64,000 nucleotides of DNA from Lophium mytilinum (Eukaryota): contig MU004197.1 of NCBI GenBank assembly GCA_010093605.1, positions 620,001-684,000 of the forward strand, in the 5' to 3' direction. Below are positions 47,496-59,421 of this stretch, piece after piece (positions within the stretch are counted from its first letter, which is position 1; every line of letters begins with the position of its first letter). The notes beneath the pieces were generated by a model. It was not told the DNA's origin and did no database searches. It saw only the letters and a list, made by a program, of their open reading frames with translations. The position numbers and the translations under genes were made by a program.

Positions 47496-49396
47496 CTATA
47501 AGGTATTTTTTCCAAGAAACTGCGCCAGTTCGTCTTGCAGCGGCAACAAGATGCCTTCCACAGCGGCTTGCAGGAAAACGGGGTCCTGGAGACTGCTCCC
47601 AGGGTCGCCGAAGCATCGCAGGCAGTGCGTGACTGCTGCGAGAAAGGCGGCGGATAAATTCTCCCTCTCGACCTCTGTCCATTCGTAGGCCATCGCACAT
47701 ATCGTCCATGGGTTGGATTGGCCGCCAGCTGGAAAAAGCTCACCTTCCTGGTATTTCTCGGCAGAGACGCCAAAGTAGAGCTCCAAGAGAGCCACTGCAA
47801 GCGCGAGAAGGATCGTATTTTTGTTATGGAAGGCGCGGCTTGGGGGTTTTCCATTTGTGATGGCCCCGTTTGAAGCTTCGTGAAAGTTCTGCGTCACATA
47901 AGGATGCTCGATATCAACTGGACGACTGCCATTCGAGATACGATGGAACACGATGTCTTTCTTGCCCCACTGGTCGTTGAACCACGGTGTTGCATTGAGT
48001 TGGAGTGTCGACGATGCGAGTGTGACAGCAAGGCTATATCTTTCTCTCTTGGTAAGTCTGGCTGGCCTTCCATTAACCACCGGTGGGTGTGTCAAGAGTT
48101 CCTCGAGTGTGATGAGCTCACGCCCACCTACTGCCTTCTCTTTGCGAGGCGTTACTGGGTAAGCTCCTCGAAGCTTACCTTTCTCATCTAGGGAAAATCC
48201 GATGCACGGGACAGTGATCTGAAACTTTTGAATGGCGGAGCAAAGGTCATCAATTTCTTGCAAACGTTTGGCGTCGGGTACCGATCCAGGTTCAGGGTCT
48301 GCGGAGTATGGCGGAGGTGGGTTGATCGTGCTGGACCAACTTACCCCTTTGCTTAACCTGGAAGTTGATGTTAGCTATCTGGAATTCCGTAATATATCGT
48401 TCATTCTGATTCTCATTCTTCTAGGAAATAACTGCGTAACTACTCACCTTGGCTTGTAAGGAGAAGGAGCCGGCGAAGATTCTACCGTCTCCTTCTGTTG
48501 GATTTGGATTTCAGCCTCCTGCCATGTCCCAGGATCGCTCGAGAAAGCCACAGTAAAGCAGAATTCTCGACTCATGTCGCCCTTTTTCATCACCACTCCC
48601 GAAGCAACTCCTGAAATGCGCTGTTCCAACTGTAGATTGGTGCAATGCGAAGACCTGCAAGAGCAATTCCATGATTGCACCAGCACTTGGTGCAGGTTCT
48701 TCGCATACGATTGTATCTTTTGTAGTCGCTTCGCGAACGAGGGTTTGGAAGCCTTCCGGAACGGCTCAAGTCTCTCGCTCCGATCCGTGAACCTCTCCAA
48801 TTCTTTGTTGCACTCGTCCAACTCCTCCAGCAGACCCTTGATATGCTTCTTGTTCATCCCAAACCGCACCCGTTTCCGAAATTCGTATTTCTGGTTTGCC
48901 TGGCGGGGATTCGCTATGAGCATTGCTTCGAGTTCATTCCTGGTAAGCTAGGAAGCATTTGCGGTCAGCGACGTTCACCCCAAGCAAGGAATGTGGAGGG
49001 CCTGCATACATTACTCGCCCGTTCTAGATCCAACTTGCTCGCGATCTTCTTCATGATCCTCTCGATATCCTGAATAGTGCCCTGGTACGCCTGATACGAC
49101 TCCGCAAGCTTCTCTTGCAGCTTCTCCGCCATAGACTCCTCCTTCCACAGCTCGCCATTTGGGTCCGCAATCATCTCTGCGAGGTCGAATTCTGTCGTTA
49201 TTGGGGCGAGTAGCAGCCGTAAGGTCTGCTCGTAGTGGACATGCTGGTTTCGCAGCTTCCGAATGAACTGGGGGAGTTCTCGTTCCCATCTTAGAAATGC
49301 CTTGACGGGATCTAGGCCGTCATTGTAGTCTTCGAGCGCTGAGATGAAGAGTGGCATTACCGCCAGGATCAGCCCGGCAACTTCGGCTCCACTCAT
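47496..49396 (-). CDS. Uncharacterised protein with a HeLo-like N-terminal helical domain and a kinase-C-lobe-like (catalytically dead) C-terminal domain; exons 49396-49010, 48947-48448, 48357-47496, 582 aa
   Basis: N-terminal MSGAEVAGLILAVMPLFISALEDY hydrophobic helix; C-terminal RYSLAVTLASSTLQLNATPW...W.KKDIVF...LLALAVALLELYFG...AVTHCL pattern; both introns canonical and in frame. Confidence 0.85.
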
Positions 49397-49838
49397 GGCT
49401 GGACATGCATAGCAGGTGCTCTACAGTCCGAAGCATTCCTAGGACATGGAGTAGGGAATATCATGGAGGAGAGTTTGTAAGCTTGTGGGGTGAGGGGAGA
49501 CGAGAGATGCCTCTGCGACGCTATTACCATGCGGGCTGTGTACCAGCCCCATCGACCGGGCTTCATATTCATGTCAACAATCTGGGATCTTGAGTAAGGA
49601 TAGATCAAGTTGTAATATCCATAGAACTCAAGATTAGAACTTCCAATATTGTGTAGCGCATTTAAGACCGCATGGAGAATAGAGAAATAATACCATTATT
49701 CATTCCATAACCGGCATAGCTTACCATCAAGATAGCGGAGGCCGTTTGGCGGGACAGACTTCAGCCAGTCTGCCTCGCTGGCATCAGGAAGTTTTATCAA
49801 CGAAGAAAGTCTCGCATTCATTATGTTCCCATCCGATC

Positions 49839-52800
49839 ATGTCGGATATCAGATTAGGCACCGCTGCCTGTGTGCTCCAATTTCAGTCCCTCTCCAACGG
49901 CCTTCAGACCGGCGATGACGCCGCCAGGGAACATATCACCCCGGAAGCACTCGAAGACGAGCATGGCCGCTTTAGGGTCTGGTCTGGGAACCTTGGAGCC
50001 CTCCAAAAAGGTCACAGCTCCTTGGATTACCGCCTCCGCGACTCACCACTGCTGCAAACCAATATACTGAAGTTGCTCGGAGAACTCCGGGCCAATCTCT
50101 CGGAGGCTCTCGCTGTGGTTTCTGGTAGCCGCTTACCCTACGAGAAGCAAGCTAAATATGAGAGCGAAGATGACGACGATGACTGGAGCCAGAATGAGGA
50201 AGACAGCGACGAGGACGATGACGGAGGACCCCCAAAGTCCGAGCTTGAGCAAAGATTCCTCGACACCGTTGATATAATCGACAATCTGTACAAGCTTTCT
50301 GTCAGGATTCGGTCTCCAACACTTCGCTCAAGGTCCTTGAAAGCTGCGTCTTTTAGACCAACGGATCCGGACACTGGCGTCGATACCTTTGAGCAGTATG
50401 CTCTCTTCGATGAGAAGTACACGCGGGAGCTGCTTAAATATTTCCGCCAATCTACTTCGGAGGTGGAGGATCCAGCGGATGAGTATCTCGTCGAACGCTT
50501 GAGTAAAGCTATTACTCTCAGAAGGCGTCAATTCAAGTACTGGCGACGACACCGAGATAAACTTGGGGGGTCCTCTACCGCCACTGATGCTATGCTGAAG
50601 CCGGTGCCAGTAACCCCAGACTTCTTGAGTCCTCAGCCCACACCGCAGGACGGCCAAGGAGAGCAAGAGCCGGTCCAACATACACCTTTGGCACGGAGCG
50701 AATGGGCTCCACTGTCTATGCTGTCAGGTACAGAGGCTACTCAGCACCATCGCTCACTCGATGAGATAGTGGACAGTCAATCGGTGACTTCTTACGCTAC
50801 TACCACACGAGACCTGACGGGACATGGTATTGACCTTCCTCCCCCTCCCAAACAGGCAATCGAAGACCGAGATTTCGAGTGCCCTTACTGCTACATTATC
50901 TGCCCGGCTCGTTATGGCAGAGGTCGCGCTTGGAGAACACATCTCTTACAAGACCTGCAACCATATGTCTGCACCTATGAGGATTGTACAGTTGGTGATC
51001 AGCTATTCCGGAGCCGCCGGGAATGGATTGAACATGAAGCCGGACACAGAAAGCTATGGCGATGTCCAGAGCACAAGAATTCCATTTACAAATCGAAAGC
51101 CGGGCTTGAAGATCATCTCCACGCCGAACACCCAGGAACCTTTCCAGAGGACCACATCAAGAGCATCTTGAGCATTGGAGAAACAACTTCCGTTGACTTA
51201 CGCCCGAAGTGTCCCTTATGCCTAGCTAATGCAACTATGGAGGGCGGGCTGCAAAATCACATTGCGAACCACCTAGAGAGATTCGCTGCATTTGCGCTCC
51301 CCAAGGACATCGATACAGCGGACGACCATTCTGATGCAGGAAGTGGTATTGCATCACGCGGGAGAAGTGAAGCGTACAGCGGCTCGCAAGACCTCAGTGT
51401 CAGCTCTGAAGGTGTAGATCTAGTTGATTGGGGTGCGATTGAGGGAGATACTCGATCTGGCGTTTTAATATCCAAGATAGAACGACTTGCTGGCAAGGTA
51501 GAGTCTCTTGACGCACAATTACCGACCCCGAAACCAGGGAACAAGCTCTTCAGCGATCTACTTCATCGCCTTCCTGATTCCAGAGATCAGAGAATGGACA
51601 TCTTCCTGTCTTCAGGCGAACTAGACAAACCTCCTCCTCCAAGCGAGAATACGATACCAGATTTAGTTGGTTTAGATCTGGAGACAACGGGGAGAACCCG
51701 TACTGCCAGACTGAATTTTGCAAACCTACCTCAAAGCAGTAGTGATCTACAGGCAGGTCTATTGCAACAATTTCTGGAGGCGCGCCCTGGCTACCGATCG
51801 ATGTCTGGGCTGAAATTCACCGAGGATAAATGTAGCGGTCACGCAAAATTCACAAATATCACCTCCGCAACGAACGCATTGGAAGCCATAGATGGCTCTA
51901 TATTCCCAGGAGTTATTTTCAGTATAGACGAGAACGTCGGCCCTGTCACTCGCTTTGCAGAGTTGCCTACGCTGACATCCGAATCATCAGATCGAGGAGA
52001 TGATGATTCAGATTCGTTGGTCGGTATCAAGCCTCAACGACGCAACCAAGTTGAGCATGGGCCTGCCTCTGACCCTCCTAATAAAAATCTGAAGGAATCC
52101 ACGCCGCTTTCGGGAATTCCCACTCTTCAGCAACTTTACAGTGGACAAACGATTCCGCGCAATAGCCGGCGCGACCAAAACGAAGCGTTCAATAACACTG
52201 TCTGCCTTGTGTTCACAGACATAACTGTACTCCACGTCGACGCAATCGTCAACCCCGTTGGCCGCAACCTGGCCAAAGTCGGGTCGGACCTAGGTCGTCT
52301 GGTACATAAGATCGCAGGTCCAGGATTACAGAAAGAGATAGACTCTATACAACGCCTTTACTCCACAGGCGAGGTGGTGATGACGGATGCGTACAATCTT
52401 CCGTGCAAAAAGATTATTCATGCCGTTAGGCCGCATTATGCATCCACGATGGAAGAAGTCTCTCGTGGCCTTCTTACGGAATGCTATAGACGTGCTTTAG
52501 AAACGGCCGAGCAGAACCAGCTGAGGACTATTGCGTTCCCAACGCTTAGCGCCGGCGGATTCGGGTTTCCTTCGTCAAAGGCCGCGACGGTGGCCATTCG
52601 GACAGTTAGAGATTATTTGGAAAGTGGAAGGGGAGCCTTACTCGATCGGATCATCTTTTGTGTTTTCACAGAGCGAGACTGGCAGACATATTGGGATACC
52701 TTGCCGTAAGCTCATTCTAGATTTCCGTTGTCATTCCTACCGTAGAATCGTTGGCTAATATGTTTACAATAGGATTTTCTTCCCCCCCAAGTCGAAATAC

Positions 52801-55800
52801 TCCTCAATTATTTTACCCGACCAGTCAGGTATCTCTGGCAACGACAACGCTGTCAATTCAGTCGATCCTGTCTCCACAAGTACCATCAAACCGTACTTCG
52901 AGCATCGATATTCGGCGTATGTATGGGAACTGAAAGAACTGCATGAACAGATCGAAGGCGTTGCAGAAGATCTCATAGTCTTCCGCGACAAAGTACCTGA
53001 CTTCCAAGAGACTAGCATCAGAGAACTAGTCTTCATAACTTCAACACTAGCAGAGCTGGAGAAACTGTTCGAGGGGTCTTCCACTATACACAGCATGACA
53101 GAACGAAGAGCAGCAGACCTTGATCTTATCTGCTGCGTTCTACGGAACGTCGCTGGTGGTATTCATGAGATTGTCATGCAGACAACCTATACTAGGAATA
53201 TTGGTGTTCCAACGCACAAAGATATCTGGGAAGGCTACATCTTTCATCTGCAGAATACTCAGGGCCTTACGTTCGTTGAGCTTACGGAGCTTTGCGGAAA
53301 TTTCCTCCAGAGCCTCTCCGATATCCTTAAGCTGTATGCGATGCTACTCCCACACTAAAACTTGGACTAATGAGTACTTAGAAACGGAAGAGAACCCGAC
53401 GATATGAGTTTATTACGAGACAAGTTATCTCGGTATCGCCTGAATCAGTCTGGCGGAGGTGTCCAACACGTCCCTACGAAAGTATTCGACGAAGCACTAC
53501 TTGCCCGGGGATTCAGCGCCGAGGCTTGGGAGAGCAAGGAACGTCAAGCCAACCTACTCAGGGCCAGCGACATCCCTTCCTTGAGCCGCCTGTACCAACT
53601 AGGCGAATTGGACGAGAATATGCCCACGAGTCAATCACCAAGCAGTCAAGCCAATAGCACAGTCTGTCTCATCAGACACAACATTACTCGTCTCCAGGTC
53701 GATGTCATTGTCAACTCAACGGACATGGCATTCGCCGGAGTCGGTACCCTTGATCGGGCAATATTTAAGGCTGGAGGGTTGACAATGCAAGAAGACTGCT
53801 CTAAGTTTGGCATGCTCAAGGAAGGCGGCGTTCGGCTCACCCAGGGATACTTGCTTCCATGCAGGCACGTCATACACACTGTACCGCCAGAATATTTCAG
53901 CGAGAAGTCGATGTCATTGTTAGGCAAATGCTACCAGAACGCTCTCAAGATGGCAGTCGATATTGGGGCCCGGACTATCGCGTTTCCCGCCATTGGAGCA
54001 GGGGAACTTCGATACCCAAGCGAATCGGCTCAGGTCGGCATGGCGGAGGTTCGCAAATTTCTGGACGAGAATAGAATCACTAAGATCGAGAAGATTATTT
54101 TCTGCGTGTATGGAGACTATGAGGAGAATACATACAAGAAAATGCTTCCGTAAGTCTATCCTAATCACCTCCATATCTTGGACACTCCAAGTTGAGCTCC
54201 ACCATACTAGTCCAGTACAAGTTTTTGACATCATTCAGGCAATTCTTCCCTCCAATCGATCATAATGTCAACAAGGCTTTGGCCGAGATCGGCGCCGAAA
54301 GAATAGTTGAAAGGCGACTCGAATCAATTGGCAGCACCCCAATCCAAATACCCAGCAGAAACCGGAACTCTCAATATACCCTTAGACCAAGTGCAGAAGG
54401 GTCAAAAGGGCAGAAAAGCGTCAAGTTCTCACATTCTCCAAACACAACTCCGCCACGTCCACTAAACCCCGATGAGATAGAAGCTGTTGAGAGATTCGAA
54501 GCACATGCGAACAGCTGTGACCACTGCGAGGATCCAATACACGTCTACCGGACCTATGGAAGCCTCTGCGAAGACGGGAATAGTCTCGCAGAAGAGGTAG
54601 CAGAGCTTCTATTCATCGAATCAGGCGGCAATGTCTACAGTACAGCGCTGCAAAATGGCCATCGAGTCGAGCTTGACTTCCCAGATGCTTACGGAGTGAC
54701 CAAGCGCCTGCTCAGGGCGATAAACGAAAGCATACGCGAGCCGGGTAGGGGTTCCTTCGTCAAGACGTGGTATACTCCAACTCCTCAAAGCGACTCCGAA
54801 GATCTGCAATGGAAGGAGTCTCCGACAAAGGAAGACGCTCCGCCAGAGGTGTGGAGTAAAGACTGGGACTCGTTTGAAGCTGTGAACTATGGCAGCGAAC
54901 CATTACAAACGAAATATCCGTTTGCAGCAGATGCAGATACCAAAGAGGTTATAGAGAAGACGAGCGACCAGCCTACAGCTCGGGAAACCCACGCCAGGTT
55001 CTCCGATCCTCCACATGAGCAGCTCGGCGGTGTTGAGTCCCAAGCCAGCAATAGGGAAAGCATCCCATCGCGAACGCGGTCACCTCCCCCGATAGGGCCG
55101 CCATACGATCTCCAGCCTCTTCTGGAAGGCCTGATCCACGGCCGTGCTAGCAAAGAAGCTTTTGAACCCCACGCCGACAGTAGTGAAAGCTTTCCAGCCG
55201 AGCTGCTAGAGGGGCACTATTCATACACGGATCCCGCCGGGATGTATAGAGATACTATTTCCTGGCGAGGGACCAAACAGCCTACAGATCTGAAGCCTTC
55301 TGATCCCGACACTAAGAAATCCGGTTCCTTAGCAATACCCGCCCGCGGCAGCCAAAAGAGCATCTTGCGGCAACCTACCCCGAAATTCCCGGAAGACGCC
55401 AATGTGATACGAGAAGGCGCTGCTCCAGCCAAGGGCGCGGAACCCAAAGGAGTACCAGCCGGAGCCCGGTGGACCAAGATCGACCGACGTCTCGTCAACC
55501 CTGCGGCTTTGGACGAGGCAAAAGAGCGGTTCGAAGAGCGCATCGACTCCGTCGTCGTTTTACGCGTGCTGACGAAAGAGGAGATCCAAGCGCTGGCAAC
55601 TCGCACAGAGCAGATCCGTGAGTCGAGAACGGACGAGTGGCTTGAGAAGCGTCAGGAAGCAAGACGGGGTTCCTTCGACGGAGTATCCAAGCCTAGCAAA
55701 GGGCAGCGCACGCGGTTGACTACGCTTGACCGGCAACTCGTGAGTCCTGAGGCATTGAAAGAAGCTGGAGAGAACTTTGAGGAGCGTCTGGATAGCGTTG

Positions 55801-56315
55801 TTGTACGACGCGGCTTGAGCGAAGAGGAAATTGAGGAGCTTGCGGATCGGACGAGAAAACTTCGGGACGCGAGACCTGCCGCGTTCACGATCGAAGCGCC
55901 TTCGCAGCTCTCATCAGTACAGGTTTCTACAAAGCCACCTCAGCCCCAGAAACCGGATGATCCGCGGGATCATTTCATGGAAGATGGGGGCAAGAAATAC
56001 CCCGGGAAGACCGTGTCGGCAGCAGAACTCTTCGCTCTCCCCGAACTGCGCCGTAATTTTGAGGCTCCCTCTCGCTCGTCAACGGGGTCGCCGCATGTCC
56101 TACCCAGCAGCTATCTCAATCAAGTCAAGGGAGAGTATGCGGACCAGCCTGATGTTGTTGGACGCTTCCAGCAGGTGCTAAGAGATTTCCAGAGCGGGCG
56201 GATCGATTCGCCTGCTGCTTTACATGAGATCTCTAAGCTTTTTGAGGGAAAGCCGGACCTGATTCGAGGTTTCAATATTTTCTTGCCGCCTGGATACAGG
56301 ACCGAGGAGTCGTGA
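49839..56315 (+). CDS. Giant mosaic protein (~2090 aa): helical N-domain, C2H2 fingers, RRM-like domain, 2 macrodomains, Cys/His module, duplicated RWTKIDRRLV module, PAH domain; exons 49839-52705, 52773-53333, 53382-54149, 54239-56315
   Basis: Three GT-AG phase-2 introns with branch sites join four ORFs into one 6273-nt frame; domain motifs read directly from the translation. Confidence 0.8.
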
Positions 56316-56647
56316 TTGGAGCGAGCTTAGTCATAGGCCCTGTTTGGATAATGGGATAGAGCTTGTTGAGACTATTAATACAACGTGTTTGAAACTGGGG
56401 ATAGTCGCAGTGTTCCCTAATGTTCCCCTGTCTCATGATCCTATTCTTTCACTGGAACAGTCAAAATGAGGCAACTCCTTCCAAGGTCAATGATCGCTAC
56501 GCGCTCTCTCCTCTCGGCGAGCCACTCCAGCGTTCCTCGCGCCTACCAAGATTTCATTGCCGTCGCTGTCTGCTAGCTTTTGCTGACTCATTTTCCTCGG
56601 ACACCTTTCTTCCCCTAAATCGGTACCAAAGTCCCACGCAGCATAGC

Positions 56648-57121
56648 TTATTCCACAGCTGCATCCCCTTGGTATCTGCACCTAGTCTCGCATCCCGGAA
56701 GCTCTAAGATGGTCTTTCCTGCCCTGCATACTGCCTCGTCGGGGTAGGCCTTCCACTCCTGATTTGCCAAATGTTCAACACTCTGCTCAGCCCCCTTCGT
56801 GAGCGGGATGTCGTCCATTTTGACCCAGCCTAAGACGCTCAGGTTTGCCGCGTCGTAGAATACACGCAACACGTCATCTGTAAGGGACGTCGCGTTCTCC
56901 GGGCAGGCGATGCAGCCATTGCTCGCACAGCAGTTCGTAGCTAGCGCAGGTGTCGGAACCTCTGGTATAATGCACGTGCTGGCGTTGGCTTTAGCGTACT
57001 CGTATTTCATGCGCTCCATGTCCAATTGGAACGCGCGGTCCATAACGAAGAACATAATTGAAAGGAACCCGAAGAAAAACCCGAGGGGAATGAAGGCCAG
57101 TACCAGCAGGATGCAGCACAT
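56648..57121 (-). CDS. Hypothetical small membrane-anchored Cys-rich protein
   Basis: ATG at 57121 opens a hydrophobic anchor ([27 protein letters not shown]); [11 protein letters not shown] cluster; TATAAAT-like box at ~57221-57227. Confidence 0.5.
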
Positions 57122-57767
57122 GTTGAAAATGAGACGTTTTGTGTTCTGACGGACCACTACGAAGTCCGTTAGTACTTAGTTACTGCTCTCAAAAGCTTCA
57201 GTTAGCGTTGCGACCTTCTTATTTATATCGGGGAGATGGGTGGTGTGTGGAGTGCAGCTGACCTGGCGGATGCAACTCTCCTCTTTTCAATCTCGCCTCG
57301 AGGACTCTTCGTCGGTTGATCGCTCGGTGTGCGTAATCAAAGTCTTAATAGAGGGACGCCCTGATTCAGGTGAGTTCAACGCTATGGTGTTGTCGTTGGT
57401 AGGGGAATGTCACGGCACACGGGGCTGTAGGCTGGGTACGTGATGTATTTGAGAGAAAGATGTCTGGAGCAAGGTGAGACTATATACAAGGTAACACGTG
57501 CCTGCCGTAGCCCTCACCGCTCCTCTCCGATAGAGAGGAAGGACGAAAGAGACTGTGAAGTTCCCAACTCCAGCAATCGTGCCTCCTTTTTCGGTAGCGA
57601 GCTGCCAATTACGTTATACTCATCCACTTTCGAACTGTAATAGATTACCTGCCGAACCATGGCAACGTCCCTTCGATACCAGAGATGCCATAGTAGCCAC
57701 CTGTCCATTTTCCGCTTCTATAAATTCGCCCAACTCTTCATCGTCTTCCTCATCACTACCACGCAAT

Positions 57768-58779
57768 ATGACAAAAATCAAAATCATGTTGCCAACTCCC
57801 TCCAGCAACGAGGCCACGATGGCCGAGTGGGACGCGCTCAGCGACCTTTCAGGGGACGATCAGCCTGAACAGGGCCAAGAAAAAGATGCAAGTGGCCACT
57901 TGGAATCCTTCAACAGAGGTTCGACCGACGAGGCGCCTGGAAATCGCGAAAAAGAAGCCAAAGCGCACGACGACGATCAAGATCTGAAGTTAGGGTCAAT
58001 TTATCAAGGTATGGCGTACCGAAGCCACCGTTGAGCTCAGTTTCAGGCTAAATATCCCTCTAGCAGCCCTCGACGACGCCTACGTCTTTGTTGCCTGGTT
58101 CCTCGGCGCCCCTCCCGCCGTCTTGATCCAGGGCACACGTTGGATCAAGGCAATTCCTATGCTCGCGCTATTGTTTTACGGCTTCATCTGGTGCGGTCAA
58201 AGTCCACCAAAGCAGCAGCTCGCCGTCGAGCCCACACCGATCCATCCAATGGTACGACAATATATAAGCGTCCTCGCAGCGGCCGAGCCCACACCGATCC
58301 ATCCAATAGTGCGATCATATATGAGTCCAATGGTACGATCATATATGAGCGTCCTCGAAGCGGCCTACACTGCGACTCCTGCGCCGCCTGCTGAAGCATC
58401 CGCGAGCGAGAAGGTCGTTTACATTACGTTCCACCATACTACTACTGTTACAGCCACTTCGACTGATCCTGCTACCACTGCCCCGGCTCCCACTGCCTCT
58501 GTTCCATCGCCCCAGCCGGAGGGGCACTGGGAAGAGTGTCCAATAGACGCCCTATGCCGTTTCGTCAGTGGCTGGAAGAAGTGCACGCCACAGGCACGAT
58601 GCTGGAGTAAGACCGTCAAAGAAATCAGTCACGGTCATACCTTCGAGCTGGGAATCTCCGAGGACAATGGGGTCGTCTGTGTCTGGAAGACCGGCGAGTG
58701 GACCAAAGACATGGTTGTTCCTTCAGAATTTGGGAAGGTAGGAATACGAAGCGTAAGGGTTGTACAACACGTTGGTTAA
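57768..58779 (+). CDS. Orphan membrane protein: acidic N-terminus, TM, Thr/Pro stalk, C-terminal Cys/Trp domain; exons 57768-58008 and 58064-58779
   Basis: TATAAAT at 57719; GTATGG...GCTAA...TAG intron (TAGCAG tandem acceptor, both choices in frame); in-frame internal duplications. Confidence 0.7.
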
Positions 58780-59421
58780 AGAGGATTGTGGGGATATTCT
58801 CGTCCAGTCGTACTGCCTCTAGGAGTATCTTGATAGCTATCTAGAAGCCCACATATTATGAAGGCTTCGCCAATAGTAGAGCTATACGAGTCTCCTCAAG
58901 GGTATAATCAACCCCTCAACCTCGGGCTCCTAAAACATGTAAGGGTAGTCCAAGAACACAAGTGATCTTCGTACTAGCACTCTGCACCCTCTAGACTTCT
59001 GTAAACTTGTCCAGCGCTGTTGGAGGCCCTCTGGTAAATCACTAATTCCAGTAGAGTGGCAGTTTTGACAACCCTAGTAGCTCTCCGAACCACGCCAGAC
59101 GTTGTTGGACCGCCACTCTACATTTAACGCAAGACTCACAAACCTACAAATCAACTTTATATACTGTACAGCTCAATGAAAATGCCTTTGAAATACATAT
59201 TATCAGTGTCGTGGTATCAATTCTTTTACTCACGTCACAGAATACCGCGCCCGTTCCGAACCATGGCAACACCCCTTTCGCTTCCAAAAATATCCTCACA
59301 ACCCACACTCCACAGCTCCACCTTAAGTCCAGTCCGTCCTCCCCTCCTTCCATCTGTCCTCTACCTCTTCCCTTTTTCCTTTCCACCTCTCCTCCATCTC
59401 ATTCATCTGGCTGCCAGCATC

